DNA of 45,923 nucleotides from a virus. A model generated the notes under the pieces. The model was not told the DNA's origin. It searched no databases and saw only the letters and a program-made list of their open reading frames with translations. Location of the stretch: positions 1 through 45,923 of IMG/VR virus record IMGVR_UViG_3300045988_112896. The stretch is one strand, 5' to 3'. Shown in pieces: positions 8,330 through 15,228 of the stretch (position 1 is the stretch's first letter; every line of letters begins with the position of its first letter). Both the position numbers and the translations under genes were made by a program.

Positions 8330-8517
8330 CAATCTTCTCCGATGAACCCATTAGCCTTAGCACACTTCAAGGCTTGAAGAACCAGGCTATGCCGTTTTAA
8401 CTCTTTCTCATAAACGGCCCTGGGTACACCTTCTGAAATTGGGGAAGCGGTTAAAACTCTCTTTCGATCTCTCACTACCTTCCCCTCATAGTAAGAGATA
8501 ACATCGTCAATGTTCAT
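8329..8517 (-). CDS. Hypothetical protein (62 aa)
   Basis: ORF track only. It is the last gene of the minus-strand transcription circle. Confidence 0.4.
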   Translation of the reverse strand: MNIDDVISYYEGKVVRDRKRVLTASPISEGVPRAVYEKELKRHSLVLQALKCAKANGFIGED

Positions 8518-8876
8518 ATCGCAGGACTCTCCAAAGAACCTTCCGGTTCCTGTTTGGGCGTAAACTGATTAGCTTTTGCGGCTGCGTACTTAATTCCTTC
8601 CCCGTCAGCACTGGTATTCTCAGCTCGGCTCTTATCCACAATGCGGACAAGCACAATGGATATGGCGGTTCCGATAGGAGTAAAAACTACCGTCCAGCAA
8701 GCCAGGGCACCGGTGTACTGATATTTGATGCTCAGGACGGCCAGAAGAAATCCTCCGACCAGTCCTATGAGTAACAGGAATACCAGTAAAACAGCCAGAC
8801 AGTTAGTAAAGCCGAGCCGTTCCAGCAAGACAAGAAAGCGGCTTTTTGTAGGAGCCACCCTCTTGCCGGTTCCCAT
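8514..8876 (-). CDS. Membrane protein downstream of the endolysin (2-3 TM helices)
   Basis: 120-aa ORF with hydrophobic stretches LAVLLVFLLLIGLVGGFLLAVL and ACWTVVFTPIGTAISIVLV. Its start overlaps the amidase stop. Confidence 0.55.
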   Translation of the reverse strand: MGTGKRVAPTKSRFLVLLERLGFTNCLAVLLVFLLLIGLVGGFLLAVLSIKYQYTGALACWTVVFTPIGTAISIVLVRIVDKSRAENTSADGEGIKYAAAKANQFTPKQEPEGSLESPAI

Positions 8877-9670
8877 CAGGCCAGACCGTGTTTCTGGGCA
8901 AAGCGATAGAACAGCATAGCCGCCTGTTCACGGGTCAGGGAGTCGGCCCACATCATGTTAGGCTGACCGTCCACGGTAGTACCGTTACCGGCAAACAAAC
9001 CGACCTGGATTGCCCACTCACGAGCCTTGGCACTCCACTCACCGCAATCGTTGTCCTGGAGACTCTTGCGGTACTCAGCCATAGCGACATTGAACTTCTC
9101 ATTGAACTCGGTCTGAGTCATCTCTTCCTCTTCCTTTCCGCTCAGGCGTTTATTAACCTCTTCGGCAATCTGGCCGTGATGCTCATAAAGCCAGTTACCG
9201 GGACAGGCTTTGGCCGCAAACCAACGGTGAACTGTCATGTTCTGCTGGTCTACCTGTCCAATCAGATTCCTGTTGCCCTTCCAAAGCAATTTCTTGATAC
9301 CGTTGCGCTGGCAAATATCCACCAGCAAGTCAATGAGGGACTTGTATGCGGCATCACTGATAGGCCAGGGGTCAGCCGCTACGGTATTGGCAACCTCGAT
9401 GGTGACAGCTCTCTGGTCATTCGCCTTGGACGAAGTACACCAGCTCCGATTGCTCTCATTCACATAGAGAGCGATACGGCCATCACTGCCAATGCCGTAA
9501 TTGCTGGACGCTTTCCGGTCACTGTTAGCAAACAGGGCACCGCAGGTTTCGACAGACAGATTTCCCGCCATGCAATGAACAGAGATGGTGTCAATCACAT
9601 GGGTACGCTGACCAGAGTGGTTCGGACTCAGTTTGGTGTAAGACACCAAGGGACTATTAGTCATCTTCAT
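8876..9670 (-). CDS. Endolysin: N-acetylmuramoyl-L-alanine amidase (Amidase_2/PGRP type) with C-terminal binding domain
   Basis: ISVHCMAG...SSNYGIGSDGRIALYV...AVTIEVAN...HRWFAAKACPG is the amidase_2 pattern. The start is taken at ATG 9670 or 9664 (MKMTNSPLV), after AAGGGGGA. Confidence 0.85.
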   Translation of the reverse strand: MKMTNSPLVSYTKLSPNHSGQRTHVIDTISVHCMAGNLSVETCGALFANSDRKASSNYGIGSDGRIALYVNESNRSWCTSSKANDQRAVTIEVANTVAADPWPISDAAYKSLIDLLVDICQRNGIKKLLWKGNRNLIGQVDQQNMTVHRWFAAKACPGNWLYEHHGQIAEEVNKRLSGKEEEEMTQTEFNEKFNVAMAEYRKSLQDNDCGEWSAKAREWAIQVGLFAGNGTTVDGQPNMMWADSLTREQAAMLFYRFAQKHGLA

Positions 9671-9839
9671 CGTCCCCCTTACCGTCACCGCCGCAGAACC
9701 CGGCCAGAGTGTCTTCGTCCACCACATCTCCGTCCTCGTCATAGATATGGCCGGTTTCCGTGTCTACATTCAGAACGCCCTTGTAAGGCAGATCATCGTC
9801 AATCTCATGGTTGTAGTAGCGGTAGTTCAGATTACTCAT
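9657..9839 (-). CDS. Small acidic protein (60 aa), hypothetical
   Basis: Tracked ORF 9657..9896 trimmed to MSNLNYRYY. It lies between the holin and the endolysin. Confidence 0.45.
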   Translation of the reverse strand: MSNLNYRYYNHEIDDDLPYKGVLNVDTETGHIYDEDGDVVDEDTLAGFCGGDGKGDDEDD

Positions 9840-10128
9840 TCTTCTCACCCCATCCCATAATCTCACGCAGCTTATCAAACCCAAACATTGCGGCATACGC
9901 TACCATAAACCCGATGACCACAAAGGACACCACGATATACCAGGTGACAGCCACGGCGTTAATCTGGCAGTAGGCAAAACCAGCCGCCAGGGTGAGGGCC
10001 ACGGCCACGATCAGGGCGAGAATGTTGGTTGGCAGCTTGTCCCAGGTGGCTTTCTTCGTAACCTCGACAATTACATTGGTCAGGGCCACAAGAAAGCCGA
10101 TGATGGTAATGATGACAGACATATCCAT
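9832..10128 (-). CDS. Holin (three TM helices)
   Basis: 98-aa ORF with three hydrophobic helices and a charged C-terminus, located just upstream of the endolysin. A strong RBS (AGAAAGGAGAA) is supplied by dyad element copy A. Confidence 0.75.
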   Translation of the reverse strand: MDMSVIITIIGFLVALTNVIVEVTKKATWDKLPTNILALIVAVALTLAAGFAYCQINAVAVTWYIVVSFVVIGFMVAYAAMFGFDKLREIMGWGEKNE

Positions 10129-10133
10129 GGTAT

Positions 10134-10263
10134 TTCTCCTTTCTCATTTTGGTGACTTTGGTGAATGATTTTCGATTTTTACCATAAACTCTCTTATAGG
10201 ACGCTATTTAAGGAGGGTTTTATGCAAAATCAAGAAATGAGTCACCAAATACACCAGAAGCAC
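10134..10263 (-). promoter_or_regulatory. Dyad element, copy A (5' leader or upstream region of the holin gene)
   Basis: About 130 nt, homologous to 34176..34300. Arms 10150..10174 and 10234..10256 are inverted copies of TGGTG-nn-TTTGGTGA-n-T-n-ATTT. The centre contains a conserved CTATAAGAG. Confidence 0.7.
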
Positions 10264-10292
10264 AAAATATTATTTGTGGGAACTTAATATTT

Positions 10293-10742
10293 TTAGTTGT
10301 CCTGTTCGTTGGAAGAAGAGCTGAGAAAGTCATGTTTTTGCAGACGATCATCATAACTCCGACTGATATTGGCTATGGCGTGAACGGCACGATTGTTTTT
10401 GTAATCCTTGTGTTCACGACAATAGCGTTCGTAAAAGTCAATGTCAGCCAGAACATTAATGAACTCTTCCTTTGTGTGGGAAATATCCCGCAACAATTCG
10501 TTGTTGAACCTAAGAATACGGGCACGGTGTTCATCTGCGTTTCTCGCTTCATTGGCTTTCACATGGTCAGCCAAATCTTTCTTCACAGTTTCCAATTCTT
10601 TCAGAACATCAGAGTTAATGGCTCTCCCGATAGCCTTTGCGATTGCAGACCAGGGGTTGACCTTAATAGGGGCGATTTGGATAAGGGTCAGCAGAAACAG
10701 GAGCGTACCACCCCCATAACTTAAAATCTCTTGGATACCCAT
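10293..10742 (-). CDS. Membrane-anchored protein, hypothetical
   Basis: 149-aa ORF with an N-terminal TM helix (GGGTLLFLLTLIQIAPI) followed by a helical domain. Confidence 0.5.
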   Translation of the reverse strand: MGIQEILSYGGGTLLFLLTLIQIAPIKVNPWSAIAKAIGRAINSDVLKELETVKKDLADHVKANEARNADEHRARILRFNNELLRDISHTKEEFINVLADIDFYERYCREHKDYKNNRAVHAIANISRSYDDRLQKHDFLSSSSNEQDN

Positions 10743-10771
10743 GCTTCCTCCATTGGTGTCAGATTTTGAAC

Positions 10772-11437
10772 TTACTCAACCTTTTCCCAGCCATCGGGAT
10801 ATGCGTCAGGACTCCAAACATTCCCGTCAACCAAGGAGCGATACAGGGTACCATTGTAGTTCACAATGTCCCCGGTATTGTACGCATCGTGTACCCCGGA
10901 CGGTTGACTCCAAACGGGATAGCCGCTGTCATCAAGGCCGAAAGCGTCATACAGACTCTCACTGTTAGGGCCGGGTTTCCAGTTGTCCTGAGAGGTATGA
11001 GCCTGTACCACCTTGTAAAGCTGCGGGTCACCAACGGAATTCGTACCGTAGGAGAAAATATCGCCCACGGCATAGGTGTGGTCAGGTTCCCACACGGGAT
11101 ACACCGTAGAAACCTCCATGGCCTGTTCCTCAGACAGACTCCCGGCAAACATCTGGACAACCTTCCTGAACTGTTCCGCATTTTTCAGATTGTCAATGTC
11201 GGTCAGCAGAGCAATCAGATTGTCGGCATAAATGCCGTCATCTACCTGGGTAACGGATACGGTTTCCACGCCCTCAAGATCAGGAAGCCCCTCCACATGG
11301 TAGACAGTCCCATCTACCACAATGCCCTGAGCGTTCTCGATGTCACTCAGGCCGTAGGACTCATTCTCCTGCATCTTCACCCATACCGGACTGCCGATAG
11401 TGGCAAACAGGGTACCGCCTTTATAAATCTTATACAT
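10772..11437 (-). CDS. Tail-associated carbohydrate-binding protein (two CBM5/12-like repeats)
   Basis: YAVGDIFSYG...LYKVVQAHTSQDNWKPG and YNTGDIVNYNGTLYRSLVDGNVWSPDAYPDGWEKV fit the aromatic-rich CBM5/12 pattern. ATG 11437 overlaps the RT stop codon. Confidence 0.6.
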   Translation of the reverse strand: MYKIYKGGTLFATIGSPVWVKMQENESYGLSDIENAQGIVVDGTVYHVEGLPDLEGVETVSVTQVDDGIYADNLIALLTDIDNLKNAEQFRKVVQMFAGSLSEEQAMEVSTVYPVWEPDHTYAVGDIFSYGTNSVGDPQLYKVVQAHTSQDNWKPGPNSESLYDAFGLDDSGYPVWSQPSGVHDAYNTGDIVNYNGTLYRSLVDGNVWSPDAYPDGWEKVE

Positions 11438-12581
11438 TGCATTCCCAGCCTTTCTTATTTGGATAGAACCCAAACAGGGATTTCACATATTGATTGGTCT
11501 GTTCTCTCACCTTGAAGCTGTTTCCTCGCTTCATGTGGCCGTGGTAGCTGTCTACGGAACATCGAATATCTGCCAGGGTCATTTCCCCTCTTTTCCACTT
11601 TCCCTGAAAAGAACGAAGTTTCTTGCGAATCAGTTTGGTGGAAGCCGGGTTCATTTTCAAAACCACTTTGCCATTTGAAGTGATGATGAACTTGGTCTTG
11701 AGCCATCGGAAGTAATCAGCCAGGGGAATGACCCTCGTTTTCTTCCAGTTCAGGCGTAATCCTAAACGGTCACACATCATTTCCAAGCCGAATATACATT
11801 CTGTTTTCAGATAATCAATATCCTCGTGAATGGCGTACCCATCGTCCATGTACCGGGCATAACCCTTAATACCGAGATTTTCTTTGAAGTAGTGGTCAAG
11901 AGGACTTGGAAGCAGGAGCGCATTGGTCTGAGAAATCTGACTGCCAAGCCCTAAACCAACAGGGCCAAAATCGGAAATGAAACTGTTGTGAAGCTCCCGG
12001 ACACGATCATCATGGAGCCGTCTTTTCGATTCTCTCAACAGGGGAGCATGAGGTGCTTCATCGAAGAAACTCTTGAAATCGTAGACCAGGATTCCACCTG
12101 TCAGGCCATGTTTCCGAAAATGCCTTTTCAAGTGCCGCACCAGTCTCCTGAGTGCGAAATCCATTCCACGATGTTTCAGGCTTGCCGAGTTGTCATAGAT
12201 GAATGAGGACGAATAGATAGGTACAATGCAGTAATCGCATAGACATTTCTGAACCGCTCTTTCCGAGATATGGACGGAACGAATGTGTCGTTTCTTGCCA
12301 CGCTCCATGATGTAGAACTCATGGAAGCCACGGTGTTTGAAGGTTCCGGTCTGCAATGCTTTCCAGGTGGCGGCAATGTTGGGAATAAGGTTTCCTATAT
12401 ACCGCTGAGTCGAATTCTTCCAATACACACCCTTGCAGCATTTCTTACCGGAAAGGTATAAATGCCGGAACGAAAAGACTTCATCGAAATCCCCACAAGA
12501 TAGGCTCTTTTTCTTTCGGGCCTCGTCCCGCTTCGCCTTTCTGCGTTGATAGCGGATTTCTCTCCGTTCTTCACTTGTCAT
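11430..12581 (-). CDS. DGR reverse transcriptase
   Basis: 383-aa ORF with a YMDD catalytic box (ARYMDDGYAI) and LGLGSQISQTNALLL, the SQ-containing motif typical of DGR RTs. It lies adjacent to the TR. Confidence 0.9.
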   Translation of the reverse strand: MTSEERREIRYQRRKAKRDEARKKKSLSCGDFDEVFSFRHLYLSGKKCCKGVYWKNSTQRYIGNLIPNIAATWKALQTGTFKHRGFHEFYIMERGKKRHIRSVHISERAVQKCLCDYCIVPIYSSSFIYDNSASLKHRGMDFALRRLVRHLKRHFRKHGLTGGILVYDFKSFFDEAPHAPLLRESKRRLHDDRVRELHNSFISDFGPVGLGLGSQISQTNALLLPSPLDHYFKENLGIKGYARYMDDGYAIHEDIDYLKTECIFGLEMMCDRLGLRLNWKKTRVIPLADYFRWLKTKFIITSNGKVVLKMNPASTKLIRKKLRSFQGKWKRGEMTLADIRCSVDSYHGHMKRGNSFKVREQTNQYVKSLFGFYPNKKGWECNV

Positions 12582-12850
12582 AAAAAGGGGTTCCCTCCGT
12601 ACAGTATTTTGTAGGATACGGGTTGTAACTGCTTAGTAATAACAGCCATGAAATGAGTTACCGTATATCACTCACCATGCAAGCAGCGTCCGGCTGATTA
12701 CATCGGAAGCTCCCGTTACCGGAAGGGGCATATTTCATCGATATGCCCGGATGTTTTAGCCATTTGGCAGGGTACAAGCCCTCCCTCTGCAAAAGGTTCT
12801 GATTTCGCCCAATGGGGTTACTACGACTGACCTATACGAAGTTGCAGAGT
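12582..12850 (-). ncRNA. DGR spacer RNA region between TR and RT
   Basis: 269 nt with no credible ORF. It contains a perfect 8-bp hairpin, gggcatat-ttcatcg-atatgccc (12726..12748). In characterised DGRs the TR-proximal spacer is part of the structured template RNA that primes cDNA synthesis. Confidence 0.55.
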
Positions 12851-12974
12851 CCGAAGGACACGCCATTACTGTTGTTGGCGTTGTTATTGTTGGCGTTGCC
12901 GTCACTGTTGACATTGCAGAAGTTGTTGGTGTTGCCGCTATTAGGAGAACGCTCCCACCAGTTGTTCGCAGAAC
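12851..12974 (-). repeat. DGR template repeat (TR)
   Basis: 124 nt that read on the minus strand as AAC/AAT-rich codons (SANNWWERSPNSGNTNNFCNVNSDGNANNNNANNSNGVSFG). It matches VR1 and VR2 except at its adenines. It has about 38 adenines by hand count. Confidence 0.9.
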
Positions 12975-13012
12975 AATAGCAACTAAACAGGACTTGACCC
13001 AATATCAAAAAC

Positions 13013-13441
13013 TTACTCCGGCAGATTTTTATATCTGTCGTTATCAGCTTTCTTCACCTTGGAAATGAGCTGCGCTTCCTCTTTGATAAGATTTCCAAAC
13101 TCCAACATAGCATGGTCAATCCACGGACACTTTTCAGGATTTTGGAGAATACTGTCATAGAGTAAAGTCAGCTTGGGACTTAGGTTTTGGAGGGCAATGT
13201 TCGCTTTCGTCAGACAATCCCGGCGCATCTGAGCTTCGTGCTTGTTCTTGGGATAGATGTTGTTGGCCGCTCTCACTTCATCGTGAACGGTGGAAGCAAG
13301 GTGCATGATCTTGTAAAGAAGATACGGGCCGTAGCGTTTCGGAGCCTTGGTGACTACTGAAAAGGCATGAACTTCCAGCTTTCGAGCGGTTTCAACAAAC
13401 TGCATAGCACTTTCGCCACGCATGGCCTTGATGACAGACAT
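13013..13441 (-). CDS. avd: Accessory variability determinant (Avd-like four-helix-bundle protein)
   Basis: 142-aa basic helical ORF between the target gene and the TR, which is the canonical Avd position and size. Confidence 0.75.
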   Translation of the reverse strand: MSVIKAMRGESAMQFVETARKLEVHAFSVVTKAPKRYGPYLLYKIMHLASTVHDEVRAANNIYPKNKHEAQMRRDCLTKANIALQNLSPKLTLLYDSILQNPEKCPWIDHAMLEFGNLIKEEAQLISKVKKADNDRYKNLPE

Positions 13442-13457
13442 AAGTGTTACCCTCCTA

Positions 13458-13477
13458 CCCGCCCCTTCCGGGGCGGG
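13458..13477 (-). promoter_or_regulatory. GC-rich hairpin 18 nt downstream of the VR1 stop codon
   Basis: The printed strand reads cccgcccc-ttcc-ggggcggg: an 8-bp GC stem with a 4-nt loop. Its twin is at 4413..4430. Confidence 0.7.
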
Positions 13478-13495
13478 ATTTTTGAAGATGATGGA

Positions 13496-14626
13496 TTAAA
13501 CGCAGAAGCCGAAGGACACGCCACGACTGCCGTTGGCGATGCTACTGGCGGCGTTGCCGTCACTGGTGACACTGCAGAAGGTGCTGGCGTTGCCGCTATA
13601 AGGAGAACGCTCCCACCAGTAGTTCGCAGAACCATTGACCTTCTTGATTCTGGAATTACCGGCCTTGTACCACTCATACTGATTGCCCTCTCCGGAAACA
13701 GAGTAGGTGGTAGTACCGAAAATCTCGATCTCGGACAGCAGAAACAGCTTGTCAGAGGTGGTCTGCGTTCCACTGGAAGAACCGTTGCCGGTACCGGACT
13801 TCTTGTTTACCGACTTGATGACAGATTGCAGAGCGGACGGGAGCTGACTCAGGTAGGTACTCATTCTGCTTCTCATGGCAGAACCGTTCCAACCGCCAAC
13901 ATTGGTATTGCTGCTGTTCATCTGAGCGGTAGCGTTCAGACAGTCAACCATCTGGAAGGTAATACCGGCCTTGCCACCAGAAGTCAGATCATCATGGTTG
14001 AACCCGATAATCTGAACCTGATAATTGACCCCTCCGATGTTGACGGTCTTAGTGTCACCGACCTTGAAGAACTGCTGAGCCATACCCAACTGAGAACAGA
14101 TACCAATGTCGGCCCACTCAGTATCTTCCAGATCATCTCCGATTTCAAAGGGATAGACCGTTACGATACCGATAACTTCGAGGGTATAGGTTCTGGTCTT
14201 CTGCTGACTGTTGAAGGTGTAAGTCAACTGCCAGTCACCCAGGACGGTAGGATAAAGAACCGCTTCTCCCCCAGAAACCCTTGCGCTGAGAACTTTACCG
14301 TCCTTGCTCATGGTAACCGTGGTACCGTTGTCCGCAATGACATGAACCTCAGCGGGAGAACCCTTCTGGCTCAGTGCGTACAGAGCGTCATTCACGGTGG
14401 GGTCAGACTGACTCAGTTCCAGGGCCGTCTTCGTGGTGTCGGACAGAAGATTGGCTTTGTTCTGGGGAGTGCCGACCACGGTACACCCAGCGGGGTTCAG
14501 GGAAATGTCCATGGTGGCCGTACCAGCTAAGAGCTGAGAACGCCATTCCTCATAGCTCTCAGGCATGGTGGTTGGGGCTTTCAATGTACGGGAAGTACCG
14601 TCCCCCTTGATAATGGTGTCTTTCAT
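13496..14626 (-). CDS. DGR target protein 1 (tail fibre or receptor-binding protein with C-terminal hypervariable domain)
   Basis: 376-aa ORF ending WWERSPYSGNASTFCSVTSDGNAASSIANGSRGVSFGFCV (VR1). It lies directly downstream of the tail and baseplate genes. Confidence 0.85.
   Translation of the reverse strand: MKDTIIKGDGTSRTLKAPTTMPESYEEWRSQLLAGTATMDISLNPAGCTVVGTPQNKANLLSDTTKTALELSQSDPTVNDALYALSQKGSPAEVHVIADNGTTVTMSKDGKVLSARVSGGEAVLYPTVLGDWQLTYTFNSQQKTRTYTLEVIGIVTVYPFEIGDDLEDTEWADIGICSQLGMAQQFFKVGDTKTVNIGGVNYQVQIIGFNHDDLTSGGKAGITFQMVDCLNATAQMNSSNTNVGGWNGSAMRSRMSTYLSQLPSALQSVIKSVNKKSGTGNGSSSGTQTTSDKLFLLSEIEIFGTTTYSVSGEGNQYEWYKAGNSRIKKVNGSANYWWERSPYSGNASTFCSVTSDGNAASSIANGSRGVSFGFCV
13509..13632 (-). 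repeat. DGR variable repeat 1 (VR1)
   Basis: My hand alignment of this 124 nt to TR 12851..12974 gives 16 mismatches, all at TR adenines (coding strand). Confidence 0.9.
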
Positions 14627-14637
14627 GTTATCCTCCT

Positions 14638-15228
14638 TTATTCACCGCTGTTATAGAGATTGGCGTAATAGAACGCTGCCACGGTGCGGTCGATTTTGGA
14701 GTAAAGCTCCGTTTCCACCTCGGTCAGTGTCTTGTCAATCACAAACAGCAGATATTCCATGTCATTTGCGACAGAGAATGTCAGTCCGTCTAAGGTGGGC
14801 GGGACTGCTGGCGCATCTGCCGGAAGCGAGAGCTGCTGACGCAGAATGACCAGATCATTGAGATAGGCCGTTGCGAGGGATTGTGTCGGGGTATCTCCCA
14901 TGGCCCAATTTGTCTTAGCGGAAACAACCACAGAGGAAGGGTTATAAGGCACATGATAAATAGGGTCATCTGCAACTCCTTTCTCAGCCCGGTAAGCGTC
15001 AAGCTCATTGGGGATAGAAGTCATGCGGTTCGCAATATAGGCAACCACCTGTCCTACACGGTTCATGTCGGTGTAGTTATAGGCACCCTTCATTCCGGCC
15101 ATGTATTCAGCCTTTTCCTCGGCGGTGAGGGCATCAAGCCCTCCCGTGAGGATTTTGTTCTTCAAGGTGAAAACCCTGTCAACATCGGCCTGAGTGCGGT
15201 CATAGACCAAAGTATCAATGACGCTCAT
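14638..15228 (-). CDS. Tail/baseplate-associated protein, hypothetical
   Basis: 196-aa ORF in the distal tail module. Its start overlaps the stop of the upstream gene. Confidence 0.5.
   Translation of the reverse strand: MSVIDTLVYDRTQADVDRVFTLKNKILTGGLDALTAEEKAEYMAGMKGAYNYTDMNRVGQVVAYIANRMTSIPNELDAYRAEKGVADDPIYHVPYNPSSVVVSAKTNWAMGDTPTQSLATAYLNDLVILRQQLSLPADAPAVPPTLDGLTFSVANDMEYLLFVIDKTLTEVETELYSKIDRTVAAFYYANLYNSGE

Larger units (their letters stand above)
11430..14626 (-). mobile_element. Diversity-generating retroelement cassette (target 1 - avd - TR - spacer - RT)
   Basis: See the component features. The order and orientation are the classical DGR layout. Confidence 0.9.

Noticed and set aside
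13367-14530. Long + strand ORFs opposite DGR target 1. Similar cases are 4483..5403, 8888..9973, 24261..25172, 42870..43748 and 43685..44536.
   Set aside because: Each lies antisense to a minus-strand gene with recognisable motifs. None has a start context or motif. They are typical shadow ORFs.
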